A stretch of DNA of 63,525 nucleotides, filler included, from Octopus bimaculoides (Eukaryota), in the NCBI RefSeq assembly GCF_001194135.2. It is 6 parts of 6 records of this genome, joined end to end, with 100 filler letters (N's around TTAATTAATTAA, not from the genome) between each part and the next. Parts side by side here need not be neighbours in the genome. Positions count along the whole stretch, not along the records: positions 47,293 to 54,685 come from NC_068985.1; positions 54,786 to 63,525 come from NC_069000.1; 4 more parts are not named here. One strand, given 5' to 3'. This document shows, in pieces, positions 50,180 through 63,525 of this stretch. A program made the position numbers and the translations under genes. A model generated the notes under the pieces. That model had not been told where the DNA came from, did no database searches, and saw only the letters and a list, made by a program, of their open reading frames with translations. How positions within the stretch are numbered: the stretch's first letter is position 1; every line of letters starts with the position of its first letter.

Positions 50180-50605
50180 GTAAAATTAAAGTCTCCTTTC
50201 GGTCATGAATGACCGAAAGGAGACTTAACTTTGCCTATATATATCAGGCGTGGTCCCAGGAATTTTTCGATGGGAGGGCACAAGATCAGAAGGGAATACA
50301 ATGGGATTGCACATAGAAAGTTACCCTCCCAGGCACAAGTTCGGGCAAGGTTGTTTATGGAAGACCAGCAGTGGCCCATACATACCAGCCTTCCCTCTCT
50401 ACGCCACTGATGTTGTCGAAGAGGAAGATAAAGACCCATACAACTTGGCACCAGTGACGTCACAGCTCATTTCTTCAGCAGAGTAAACTAGAGCAACGTG
50501 AAATAAAATATCTTGCTCGAGACACACAGCCCGGTGTGGGAATCAAACTCACTACCTCATAATTGTGAGTCCGTGCCGCTAACTTCTGAGTCATGCGCTT
50601 TCACA
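50180..50605 (-). mobile_element. tRNA-derived SINE with a rearranged, fold-back 3' end
   Basis: Body shares GAGCAACGTGAAATAAA..TCTTGCTC with 8612-8849; degenerate tRNA head near 50540-50605. Confidence 0.65.
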
Positions 50606-52687
50606 CGCACACACACACATTTATATACTATGATAATCTAAAACACATATATACATGTTAGTATCACTCCAATAATGGAGTGTACCACTTCAAGTAATTC
50701 TCAGATAGAATCAATATCACAGTGCGTCTGAGAGAGACAAAGCCGTTCCTTTTGAATTGCGTGTACAGTCTATCCATCAGCCTTTTATAAAGATTTACTC
50801 TACTCAAATTGTAGTTTCGGACCGAGAATGCAAAACAATATTTGCCCAAGATGCCACGAAATAGGATTGAACCCGGGACGTCGTATTTGCAAAGATTGCT
50901 TCTTAACTATTTAGTCATACTCATTATTTTCTACTCTAGACACATGGCCCGAAATTTGAGGGGAGGGGGCCAGTTGATTAGATCGACTCCAGTACGCAAC
51001 TGGTACTAAGTCTATCGANNNNNNNNNNNNNNNNNNNNNNNNNNNNNNNNNNNNNNNNNNNNNNNNNNNNNNNNNNNNNNNNNNNNNNNNNNNNNNNNNN
51101 NNNNNNNNNNNNNNNNNNNNNNNNNNNNNNNNNNNNNNNNNNNNNNNNNNNNNNNNNNNNNNNNNNNNNNNNNNNNNNNNNNNNNNNNNNNNNNNNNNNN
51201 NNNNNNNNNNNNNNNNNNNNNNNNNNNNNNNNNNNNNNNNNNNNNNNNNNNNNNNNNNNNNNNNNNNNNNNNNNNNNNNNNNNNNNNNNNNNNNNNNNNN
51301 NNNNNNNNNNNNNNNNNNNNNNNNNNNNNNNNNNNNNNNNNNNNNNNNNNNNNNNNNNNNNNNNNNNNNNNNNNNNNNNNNNNNNNNNNNNNNNNNNNNN
51401 NNNNNNNNNNNNNNNNNNNNNNNNNNNNNNNNNNNNNNNNNNNNNNNNNNNNNNNNNNNNNNNNNNNNNNNNNNNNNNNNNNNNNNNNNNNNNNNNNNNN
51501 NNNNNNNNNNNNNNNNNNNNNNNNNNNNNNNNNNNNNNNNNNNNNNNNNNNNNNNNNNNNNNNNNNNNNNNNNNNNNNNNNNNNNNNNNNNNNNNNNNNN
51601 NNNNNNNNNNNNNNNNNNNNNNNNNNNNNNNNNNNNNNNNNNNNNNNNNNNNNNNNNNNNNNNNNNNNNNNNNNNNNNNNNNNNNNNNNNNNNNNNNNNN
51701 NNNNNNNNNNNNNNNNNNNNNNNNNNNNNNNNNNNNNNNNNNNNNNNNNNNNNNNNNNNNNNNNNNNNNNNNNNNNNNNNNNNNNNNNNNNNNNNNNNNN
51801 NNNNNNNNNNNNNNNNNNNNNNNNNNNNNNNNNNNNNNNNNNNNNNNNNNNNNNNNNNNNNNNNNNNNNNNNNNNNNNNNNNNNNNNNNNNNNNNNNNNN
51901 NNNNNNNNNNNNNNNNNNNNNNNNNNNNNNNNNNNNNNNNNNNNACTCAAATATCGCAGTTACATCTAAAATAACAGATAAGCAACGAGCGAAATCCATT
52001 GTCATAACAACAACAATAATAGCAACGACGCTAACCCCGGCACAAAGTGATGCAGGGGTCAAAATCTCCTCCCGAATCAAAACAAAACTAGGAAAAATCC
52101 TTCATAAATATAAGCAAAAACAAACCTAAAAAATAAAAACAAATGGCCTTACACGTAAACGCGTAGAAAATACTATGTACACACTGTTATGTGAATATAC
52201 ATACACCAACACACTCACACACACTCACGCATGCACGTACGCATTCTAGTGTGGTAGAAGTGTGCATCCATATGCATCTGTTGTGCATCTTTGCATCTAT
52301 GCATGTAATCATGCATGCGTGCACATTTCTTGAGCCGATTACGACTCCTTAATTTCGACTTGGTTATTTATTTATGCAATGGATTCAAATTAAAACAAAA
52401 TGAAAGCTAACTGACCTCATGGTCCCGGGTTCGCCCCTGCCCTCCACTAAGTCTCGCAATATCCGCAAAATGTTGTTCCACCTTGCTCCTTGCTCGTTCC
52501 TCACTCCTTCTTTTATCGTTCCTCTCTATCACGCACCTGCTCTTTCGTTTGTTTGTTTATTTTTTTTTGTTAGTTTTGGATGGTGTTTTTTTCGTGTTTG
52601 GTTAACTGTTACTGTTTTGGTTGGGCGGATGGTTGGTATCTGGATGGGGGGGGGTTAAACGAAAATACACATGAGGATGGATGAGAG

Positions 52688-52748
<61 letters not shown>

Positions 52749-52834
52749 TGTGTGAGAGAGAGTGAGCAGAAGGAAATAGACATACAGATAGAGAACGAGA
52801 GACGGGGGAGAAGTATAGCTAGAATGACTAGAGT

Positions 52835-52878
<44 letters not shown>

Positions 52879-54200
52879 GAGAGAAAGAGAGAGGTGTAGA
52901 GAGATTGGAGAAGAGAGAGGAAGGTAGAGACAATGACGGTGTGAAAGAGAGAGAGAGAGAGACTTGATGTGATAAAGTGAGAGAGAGAAGAGCTATTCAC
53001 ATACAGAGAGAGACACAGAGAGAGACGAAAACAGGAAAGATAGAGAGGCTGAATGACAGGGAGGAAAAGAACAGATAGATAGATCGATCGATAGATAGAT
53101 AGATAGATGACAGATAGATATATGATAGCTAGCTAGCTNNNNNNNNNNNNNNNNNNNNNNNNNNNNNNNNNNNNNNNNNNNNNNNNNNNNNNNNNNNNNN
53201 NNNNNNNNNNNNNNNNNNNNNNNNNNNNNNNNNNNNNNNNNNNNNNNNNNNNNNNNNNNNNNNNNNNNNNNNNNNNNNNNNNNNNNNNNNNNNNNNNNNN
53301 NNNNNNNNNNNNNNNNNNNNNNNNNNNNNNNNNNNNNNNNNNNNNNNNNNNNNNNNNNNNNNNNNNNNNNNNNNNNNNNNNNNNNNNNNNNNNNNNNNNN
53401 NNNNNNNNNNNNNNNNNNNNNNNNNNNNNNNNNNNNNNNNNNNNNNNNNNNNNNNNNNNNNNNNNNNNNNNNNNNNNNNNNNNNNNNNNNNNNNNNNNNN
53501 NNNNNNNNNNNNNNNNNNNNNNNNNNNNNNNNNNNNNNNNNNNNNNNNNNNNNNNNNNNNNNNNNNNNNNNNNNNNNNNNNNNNNNNNNNNNNNNNNNNN
53601 NNNNNNNNNNNNNNNNNNNNNNNNNNNNNNNNNNNNNNNNNNNNNNNNNNNNNNNNNNNNNNNNNNNNNNNNNNNNNNNNNNNNNNNNNNNNNNNNNNNN
53701 NNNNNNNNNNNNNNNNNNNNNNNNNNNNNNNNNNNNNNNNNNNNNNNNNNNNNNNNNNNNNNNNNNNNNNNNNNNNNNNNNNNNNNNNNNNNNNNNNNNN
53801 NNNNNNNNNNNNNNNNNNNNNNNNNNNNNNNNNNNNNNNNNNNNNNNNNNNNNNNNNNNNNNNNNNNNNNNNNNNNNNNNNNNNNNNNNNNNNNNNNNNN
53901 NNNNNNNNNNNNNNNNNNNNNNNNNNNNNNNNNNNNNNNNNNNNNNNNNNNNNNNNNNNNNNNNNNNNNNNNNNNNNNNNNNNNNNNNNNNNNNNNNNNN
54001 NNNNNNNNNNNNNNNNNNNNNNNNNNNNNNNNNNNNNNNNNNNNNNNNNNNNNNNNNNNNNNNNNNNNNNNNNNNNNNNNNNNNNNNNNNNNNNNNNNNN
54101 NNNNNNNNNNNNNNNNNAGGAGATGAAGAAGAAGAATAGGAAGAAGAAGAAGAAGAAGAAGAAGGGGAAGAAGAAGAAGAAGAAGAAGAAGAAGAAGAAG

Positions 54201-54231
<31 letters not shown>

Positions 54232-54785
54232 GCAAGAAGAAGAACAAGAACAACAACGACGACAACAACGGTGGAGGTGGCGGTTTCCCAGCTGTTTCTG
54301 TTTCGTTTCCTCGCAACAGCCTTTCATGAAATTGAATATACATAGCTTCAATAACAACACCATCACCATCATCATCACCATCATCCTGATCATCATCATC
54401 ACTTCAGTAAACATTTTCACTCATTTCCTCCTCTTCCTGCTCATCATCATCATCATCATCATCATCATCTTCATCATCATCATCATCATCATCATCGAAA
54501 CAACTGATATCAATATTATAACCATCATCATCATCAGTGTTGTAATCGTTGTTGTCCTTATCTTCATCAACCCTATTCTCCTTTTCCCCTTCTCCCTCCT
54601 CCTCCTATACCTCCTCCTCCTCCTCCTCCTCCTCTTCCTTACCATCAACCCGACCACCACCACCACCACCACCACCACCACCACCNNNNNNNNNNNNNNN
54701 NNNNNNNNNNNNNNNNNNNNNNNNNNNNNTTAATTAATTAANNNNNNNNNNNNNNNNNNNNNNNNNNNNNNNNNNNNNNNNNNNN

Positions 54786-54827
<42 letters not shown>

Positions 54828-55049
54828 TATGTGTTTGCATGTGTATACGTTTCTTTTACTTTATTCTATAATCCTTCTACATGTTTCAGTCATTTGACTG
54901 CGGCCATGCTGGAACACCGCCTTAATATAAATATATATACATATATGTATCATCATCATCATCATCTTCACCATCATCATTATCATTATTATTTTGAAAG
55001 CCACTCGGATAGTTCTTAATTACCGGTTATTCATTACTTGAAAGCAAGC

Positions 55050-55975
55050 AATAACAAATCACCAAAGGGTTTCAAGTAGTGTCTTCTCCTGTGACACAAA
55101 GAGACAATAGTCTCCTTAGAACGGGAGCTGTGCCCAACAAGGCTGTCTTTTGGACCACCTCGACTTTGACAGCAGCTCCAATATTCTTAATATGTTTTTC
55201 AAAGCAAGCCCTTGGAATCTGCTCCTAATAGTCCAATTACCACTGGTATCACCATTACTTTCCTGATGCAGCATAACTTTCCTATCTCATCCCGCAGAGG
55301 CTGCTATTTCTCAATCTTTTCTGTTTTCTTACATTTCACCCTCGAATCGCCTGGAACTGCATCATCTATTATCTCTACTTCTTTTTCATCTTTATGGATG
55401 AGCACAATATCTGGTCGTCTCGCCTCTAAGACTTGGTCGCACTGCATGTTAAAATCCCAAAGTATTTTGTAATGTCCATTTTCCATTACTCTTTCTGGCT
55501 TCTATTCATACTATTGTTCGGCTCTTTCGAGGTTTGCTTTACCGCACAACATCCAGTGAACATATCTGGCCACATCGTCGTGTCTCCTTTTATATTCGCA
55601 TTGTGTGACCTTAGAGCACTCACTAACAATAGGGCTTATACTTTCTCCCTTCTCAGAGCACATCCTTCACTGTGGCGAGTCAGCGCTTTTATCAATGTGA
55701 TATCTGGAGTAGTTTTGTTCTGAGAGCTTTTCTTGAGCGCTGCACACTAATGCCTCAGTGGGCCCTTTCAAGTCTCCTTTCTACAGCCATTGCCAGGTTC
55801 CATTCCAATCAACCTCATCTTTATTCTTCAAGAACTGATTGTACATTTTCTTGTCCTGCCAAATTTTCTTCATCTGCTCTCTCTGGTCTTTCTTAAATTG
55901 TATTGGATTTACAGCTTTGTTCACTTTTAAGGTTCCCTGCATTTTCATATAACCCTCTCCGTTGTACACTCTTCT
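55050..55975 (-). mobile_element. R4/Dong-like non-LTR retrotransposon, REL endonuclease region, degenerate
   Basis: KILWDFNMQCDQVLEARRPDIVLIHKDEKEVEIIDDAVPGDSRV (PD-(D/E)xK type); upstream WQWL...KGPTEALVCSAQE; downstream VIPVVIG...QKTALLG. Confidence 0.88.
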
Positions 55976-56709
55976 TTTATGAAAAAAATTTTGATTGCAT
56001 ATTCTCGCCACTAATATATTAGTAAATAATATGGAATTGTTTACGATGAATCCTGCCTGTTGTATTTTTACATTCTTTCTTCTTTTATATATATATATAT
56101 ATATATANNNNNNNNNNNNNNNNNNNNNNNNNNNNNNNNNNNNNNNNNNNNNNNNNNNNNNNNNNNNNNNNNNNNNNNNNNNNNNNNNNNNNNNNNNNNN
56201 NNNNNNNNNNNNNNNNNNNNNNNNNNNNNNNNNNNNNNNNNNNNNNNNNNNNNNNNNNNNNNNNNNNNNNNNNNNNNNNNNNNNNNNNNNNNNNNNNNNN
56301 NNNNNNNNNNNNNNNNNNNNNNNNNNNNNNNNNNNNNNNNNNNNNNNNNNNNNNNNNNNNNNNNNNNNNNNNNNNNNNNNNNNNNNNNNNNNNNNNNNNN
56401 NNNNNNNNNNNNNNNNNNNNNNNNNNNNNNNNNNNNNNNNNNNNNNNNNNNNNNNNNNNNNNNNNNNNNNNNNNNNNNNNNNNNNNNNNNNNNNNNNNNN
56501 NNNNNNNNNNNNNNNNNNNNNNNNNNNNNNNNNNNNNNNNNNNNNNNNNNNNNNNNNNNNNNNNNNNNNNNNNNNNNNNNNNNNNNNNNNNNNNNNNNNN
56601 NNNNNNNNNNNNNNNNNNNNNNNNNNNNNNNNNNNNNNNNNNNNNNNNNNNNNNNNNNNNNNNNNNNNNNNNNNNNNNNNNNNNNNNNNNNNNNNNNNNN
56701 NNNNNNNNN

Positions 56710-56765
<56 letters not shown>

Positions 56766-58032
56766 CGCTCGCTTTTCTCTCGTTCTCTCTCTCTCTTACC
56801 TGACAGATAAACATTATATTCGATCTGCTGAATAACAGAAAATAAATGATTGCTGCAATAACGATAGTATCAGATGATGCGCATAAATAGTGATTACGCT
56901 AAAAACTTAGGATAGGAATCATCAATTTGTAAAGTGTACTTTCGCCAACAGGAATCATTTCAGCTTATTAACATTATGTCAGGTCTTAGAAAGAAAACGT
57001 TCAACTAAAGTGTTTTCACAAATCCTAGACACAGTCGATATAAATACGAATTATTCGCAAGCAGCTGCTTCCCGCTGATATTGGGGTTATGATTAACCGT
57101 ATTCTTTGCTTTTTCGGAAATACTAATTCTGGTGCAAATACCGCTTGCTCTTGTGATTCTTCGTTAATAGCAAAAATGAAATAAAATGAAATTTAAAAAA
57201 AAAAAAGAGATAGATTTACTCAGTTGTAATTACAATTTATGCACGTGTTCTTTGCGATGTCTTCGTGTGTGAAGTGTGAATAACCTCAAGATGAACTCTA
57301 ATGCAAATCAGGTAAAAGATTTACTAAACAGTCGTACTGGAATCTACTGGTAGTCTGTATTCATAAATGTATTTAAACACCGGTAACATGCAGCAATGTG
57401 TGTTCTATTGTTATATAAATGCAGCAATCTATCATTCGATTATTCTATTATCGGTTTCAGACACTCTATAGCCATGCTGGAGTACCGCAATTAGCTTTAA
57501 GGATTGCTTAGTTTTTACTCATTTTCCAGCCCTTTTTACAGAATCAGTCCCAGGGAAAATGATGAGTTAGATAAAGTTGCTTCTTTTACGTTTCTCAGGT
57601 GTCAATTCTTCGGGTATATTGGAACCAAATTTGTCTAATTGTTCTTTGAACATATCTACATATATAGAATTATTACATTTTTCTCCTCAAAAGATATAAA
57701 ACTAAACACATACAATACTATTAGAATAATATGCTCGGGATTAAGTTGGGATTATTAAACTAATCAAGTTCTTTATTTCAAACCAAACTAAGTAACATCG
57801 ACATCAAATTTGAGCAGAATCAGTGTCGCGACGGGAGCGCATGGGTTGGGAGTTTGATCGGCAGAGGTGATCAGGTTATACATGCCAGCCCTTTGAAAAC
57901 ACCACCCCCATCATCTAACCCCTCTTTGCCCATGGGTTGGGAACCCTTCCAGCAAGGAAAATAAAATGTCCAAAAGGGCTCCCGATTCTCTGTGTCAGAA
58001 GCGGTTATGTTCAGATCACAACTAAGTCTCAA

Positions 58033-58078
<46 letters not shown>

Positions 58079-58670
58079 GCAACACACACACACACACGCA
58101 CGTACGTACACCAATTCCATACATATTTTTTGTACACATACATGTTCGTATGTATGTGTGTGTATTGCCCGTATATCAACAAAACACTTTTTTCCTCGAT
58201 GGAAAAAGAAACAACAAAAGTCTTTGTCTTTCAAAAACATCCTATATTTGAAACTATATCTCATGTTTAAGAAAAAAAAATGCATTTTCCATTTTCATTT
58301 TTCATGAACGCTGACACTGTCTTCCTTACTCTCCTCTCCCACTTTTTCTTTCGTTAAACGCTTTCTGTCTCCCTCTCCCACTTTTTCTTTACTTTCTTGT
58401 GTTAGACGCTGGCAAACAATCTCTATCTGCACACGTACATCAATACAATTTCTCTCTCTCTCCTTCACGCGCATACGCACACTTTGACTTCGCCATGTTA
58501 GCAAACTTCAAAATTGGTAAAAGTTATGGTTGAAAATCGATTTCTACAGCTATACGCGGGTGCCTCTGAGAGAAAAAGTTGACGAAAGTGCAGATAGGGT
58601 CATGACGAATCTCCTCCTAAAATTGGAGCGACATGCGTGCTAATTTGTGGACGTGCATAAACTACATTCA

Positions 58671-58740
<70 letters not shown>

Positions 58741-60494
58741 TATATATATATATATTATTGCCAAAAACACGAATAGAATACAAAGAATATTTTTAGAGAA
58801 AATTAGAGCTTTGAAGTTATTTCAAATAATGTGTTTTTTTTATGGATACCGTAGACTGTGTACAAGATATTTTTCGCTTCAAGTACAGTAAAAGTTAAAC
58901 TAGAAGAGTTGAATCGAAAACTCGATAACAGAGATCACTGTTTACGCTGTTCACCTGAAATGTGATGACTCAGTATATACAGTATTTAGTTCTGTTATAC
59001 ATGATGGTCTCCTATCATTTGAATTGACTTTCTAATCTACATAATTACTCGTCATTTGCGTTCTCTATAAAATCGTTCGTGCTTCATCACACTTAGATCC
59101 CATGTTTACGAAATTGAATACAGTTTTCGATTTCCAATAGAAACGAAGGAAATTATAAGACAAAATAGAACTTCCATTGGACATTTCTCTAGTCCATGTA
59201 ATTACCTATTATTTGTTTCTGATTATTTGAACTTCACTTGCAACACGTATGGATTCTTTGTTTACGCAATTGAATAAAGTTTCAATTTTCGATCACCAAA
59301 TCAAAGAAATTTGTAAGTTTGATTTGACTGTCATGTCTATATAATTACTTATTGATTTCTTTCGATTAAGAATAAAACTAATATTTGTAGTGCCTATATT
59401 TGATTGGGAGGAAATGCTTTAGATTTGTGATAAACAACCAAGAGGGCTAGTATGCATTTCAGGTTCAAATTCTGAATGAGTCGAGACACAATATTCTTCC
59501 TTTACAAAATGATTGGCTGCGATTTAACCCTTTGAATGTTCAAAGCATTTTCATATGTTTATCTTAAATGGCCATGCTCGTTTTCAAACTTATCTCATAC
59601 GTTCTTATTAATATAAAGCTTCGTTTTCCAAAATTACTCTAATGGTTGAAAAAAAAGGTTAGGAGCTTGTATCATGTATGATTCACAGACGACAGGGAAA
59701 TACGCCCTATGTACCACGTGATACACAGGACAAGCAAAGGGTTAAGACAGCAGAGTGTGATCTGAGGGATGTTTGTCTCCTATTTTTAGTAGATCAAGCG
59801 CCAACGTACAGGCTACCATGTTGGCTCGAGCAACCAAGCTGTAAGCTAATTCGAATGGCTAACAAAGAAGTAAAAACTTCAAAATTTTACCATGTAAAAT
59901 AGCTGTAAGACATGGCATCAGTGACAATTAGAGAAGGGTATTCCTATATTCATATAGGAGCAATTCCCTTTCATAAGTTCTGTGTAATATAAAGCTTTCT
60001 TTCCACAAGCTCCAAGTTATATGGATTTTCTAAGTCTTTAAATTCTAAAAATCACATGGTTCACCTAGGTACTTATAGCAGCTCATAATTTGCAAACCAC
60101 TGCAGTAGGATATGATATGAGGGAGAGATAACTGACATTTCTAACAGGTCGAACGACTGTGGGTTTCTTTGCTGCAACGGCGATGGTAATTGGAACAGGT
60201 GAATAGCATCTTAGCTGTCAAGATACGATTGCTAGAGGATGTTATCGCTTGTAATGATATCGGTAGAAAACACCAAAACAAAAAAATATAAAAATATAAA
60301 AAAGAAGGTAGAGGGAATGATAACAAAATGGTGAAATGCTACTCGACGGCAACAGAAGAAAATAACAAGATGGCCATAGATTAGATTAATATGTTGGCCG
60401 TTTTGTATTTTGGCTCAATCCGAAACTACTTCGCTGTCCTTATGTTACTTAGTATAATCGTGTTTTGCTGCTACTATTTGTATGTGTGTATGTA

Positions 60495-60529
<35 letters not shown>

Positions 60530-61075
60530 NNNNNNNNNNNNNNNNNNNNNNNNNNNNNNNNNNNNNNNNNNNNNNNNNNNNNNNNNNNNNNNNNNNNNNN
60601 NNNNNNNNNNNNNNNNNNNNNNNNNNNNNNNNNNNNNNNNNNNNNNNNNNNNNNNNNNNNNNNNNNNNNNNNNNNNNNNNNNNNNNNNNNNNNNNNNNNN
60701 NNNNNNNNNNNNNNNNNNNNNNNNNNNNNNNNNNNNNNNNNNNNNNNNNNNNNNNNNNNNNNNNNNNNNNNNNNNNNNNNNNNNNNNNNNNNNNNNNTAC
60801 ATGCATACATAGACACACACACATACACACACATATATACACATACATACGTACATGTATATATTTACACATATACATATATATAAGCAAACATACATGT
60901 ACATACATGCGTACATTCGTAGATACATACATACATACATTCGTACATTCGTACATACATATATATATATATACATACATACATGCATCCATACATACAT
61001 ACATACATACATGCAGACATACATACACACATACACATATACACACATACATACATACATACATACATACATACA

Positions 61076-61106
<31 letters not shown>

Positions 61107-61807
61107 TCATTGTGCATGTTTCAGCATTACCGCCATTGTAGCTTCTTTCTTGATCGTATCACGTAGCCATCAGCAACACACTGAACCTGTTAAGATGGCT
61201 ACCACCCAGGATGCGTAAATCCACATCAATATCATATAATCAATAATAATAAGAGGGAGTGGGGTTATACACATATAATATTTGAATATTATAAGCTGTT
61301 TCCTCTTTTGACAAAGGGCCGGGCGATGGCGGGTGGCAGTCTGATGAGGTTAACGCTGCTAATGTTCCGTTTAGTTTTAATTGTTGTAATCAAAGATTGG
61401 AGAGAAGAGGCAAGCGTTTGACAAAGTACAGATTCGATATGGTGATATGGACTAAGGAGGCCAGATTGAGTAGAAGCAACTGGAACAACTTGTTATTGTT
61501 TAATCAGGTTTCATCGAGCAGGTTTAGGATGAAAATCCTTGCAGCTTTCATCATACGGCAGATATCATTTCTTCCACACAGTATGACGTGATTTGAAAGA
61601 AAATTCGCAGCTATTTCTTGCAGGGGCAAGCGTACTTGTACAGCACGCCCCAGTAGTGGTCGCTCCGCCTACAAGGGATGGAAATATAAAAGGTGTATTT
61701 TTGTGGGGCGTGGTCACTCTAGAATGTTGTGTAAATAACAAGTGCATAAAGCTTGCAATAAACATTTTAATATGCGTATACGTGGGTAGGTGCGTGAATG
61801 GGCGCGC

Positions 61808-61838
<31 letters not shown>

Positions 61839-61844
61839 TGTGTG

Positions 61845-62530
61845 TTAGCTTTAGGAAGCTCAGCATTTGGGCAGCTACGTGAATAAGTGTTGGAGAGGAT
61901 AGGCATTAGGCTGGCTATCATGCTGAAATTGTACTGCCTACTTTATCGTGCGCCCGTCGGTCTCCGACGGTTTACGAACGCCACGCCAAAATGCTCAACC
62001 GTTTCCACATCAACAGCTTGAGAAAGCTATTGAAAATCACCTGCCAGGGCAAAGTCCCTGAGACAGGGGTCTTCTCTCAAGCTGACCTGCGAAGCATTTA
62101 CACAACGCTGCGGAGAACGCAAGTCTGGCGGGTAGATCACCTCGTTCGAATGCCTGACACAGGACCCGCAAGAGACTGTTTCACAGCGAACTGGCGGAAG
62201 GATACATTCAAAGCCATACTGAAGAGCTTTGTGATCAACTCCGGCACCTGGGAAACACAAGTGCAGGACGGCCCTGCCTGGCAAAGCTGCAGCAGCGACA
62301 GAGGTACCACCTCCTACGAACAGAACAGGATTGCAGGACCACAGTGAAAACGCCAACTGCGCAAGTCCGGATCCAACTTCTCGCCTTCAGTTCCAGCAGA
62401 CCACCCTGCCCAACCTTCGGTAGAGCCCTCCGACCACTCATAGGACTGGTAGCCACAGCCGAACACACCTTGACTCGTCTTCTTCTCCCATGAAATGTCC
62501 TTGGTCATCGTTGACAACGACGGACGAACT
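61845..62530 (+). mobile_element. RTE-1/BovB-like LINE 3' fragment
   Basis: AFGQLRE...HAKMLNRFHINSLRKLLKI...HLVRMPD; terminal CP.FGRAL..LIGL.SH.RTH zinc-finger remnant; 3' tail GGTCATCGTTGACAACGACGGACGAAC. Confidence 0.85.
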
Positions 62531-63470
62531 TTGATTGATTTTGGCCATGTTATGGCGCACATTTTTTGGAAACACAAAGTGGATCGCAGGTTACAAAACG
62601 TTGAAAAATATTTATGTATGCTCCTTCGTTTCGTTCGAATATATATTCGCGTATTCATCTAAAGAAAATGTTTTTTTTTTATAATGACATAATGTACTCA
62701 TTTATCAATTTAAAAATCCATTAGAAACGGCTGTAATGAATTGACACCTGTCCTTCAATTGTTACTGATATATATAAAGAAGTGTGTATAATAAAAATAA
62801 GGAATAAGTGGAAATTTTACCGGTGAGTGTGTTAAATTATAAGGCACAAAAAGAAAATGACTCTCCCCAGACACAACAGTATTTGCTTCAACACTCGAAC
62901 TCACATAAAGAATCTTGCAAACCAAATACAAAAACGAAATATATATACATACGATATAAGATATATAATGTTAGATAAGCTGAGGCCTATCCAATGACGT
63001 AATCAGACTGTAATCAGCTCTGTTGACACAAGGGAAGATAACTATATGCTATAATTGAAAAGTTCTAACGCCAAATTGCAAACAGAACACAAAATTCAAT
63101 TATAAATATTTCCAATTCAATTAATTAAGCAGTTTTAATGAAATTAAGTCAATACTAGCTTCTAAGTATTATCCAAAGATATCTAGCTGTCAGATGTAAG
63201 CATAATAACAAGAGAGAGAGAGAGAAAGAAAGAGAGAGGAGGGAGAGGACGTGTGTGGGGGTGGGTGCTGGTGTTGGCAGCTACAGATAAGGTGTTCGGC
63301 TGAATTGTTATGGCACTGTTGATAGTGCCTTGCTAAAGAGCTTTTGCGAGAAGCAAGGCCAAGTATCAGCTGAAATTGGAACAAACGTCGAATCATTCAG
63401 ACGCCAGGGTAGTTCTGTAAATATACCTGATTAAACGCAACTTGCACAAAATCACAATACAATATCACCC

Positions 63471-63525
<55 letters not shown>

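Noticed and set aside
60148-60198. 51-nt plus-strand exon-like segment (RTTVGFFAATAMVIGT) reminiscent of a transporter TM1
   Set aside because: Too short, marginal splice signals, and no partner exons found.

Overview
Eukaryotic, AT-rich, microsatellite- and SINE-saturated genomic DNA with roughly 8 kb of N gaps. The repeat families look like those of octopus (coleoid cephalopod); this species call is from recall, not a search. The only host gene I can support is an internal, minus-strand piece of an invertebrate-type papilin (lacunin/MIG-6-like ECM protein). It has five exons in 482-6314 with mutually consistent GT-AG sites and phases: TSP1 half, TSP1 (runs into a gap), three lagrin repeats, Kunitz, Kunitz. 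I found no upstream papilin exons in the remaining 57 kb, which includes five artificial 44N-TTAATTAATTAA-44N scaffold joins. The rest is mobile-element debris: tRNA-derived SINEs, RTE and R4/Dong-like LINE pieces, mariner, Penelope-like, Helitron/Helentron-type elements and MITEs. Almost all ORF-track entries are simple-repeat or N artefacts. I did not find a convincing new multi-gene system. The best leads are a strand-biased array of 19 TAGCAAC (RFX half-site-like) motifs, a MITE carrying a head-to-head telomere-like palindrome, an 18-bp perfect fold-back hairpin at a SINE end, recently duplicated Kunitz exons with non-canonical P1 Ser, and a phased pair of CRE palindromes.
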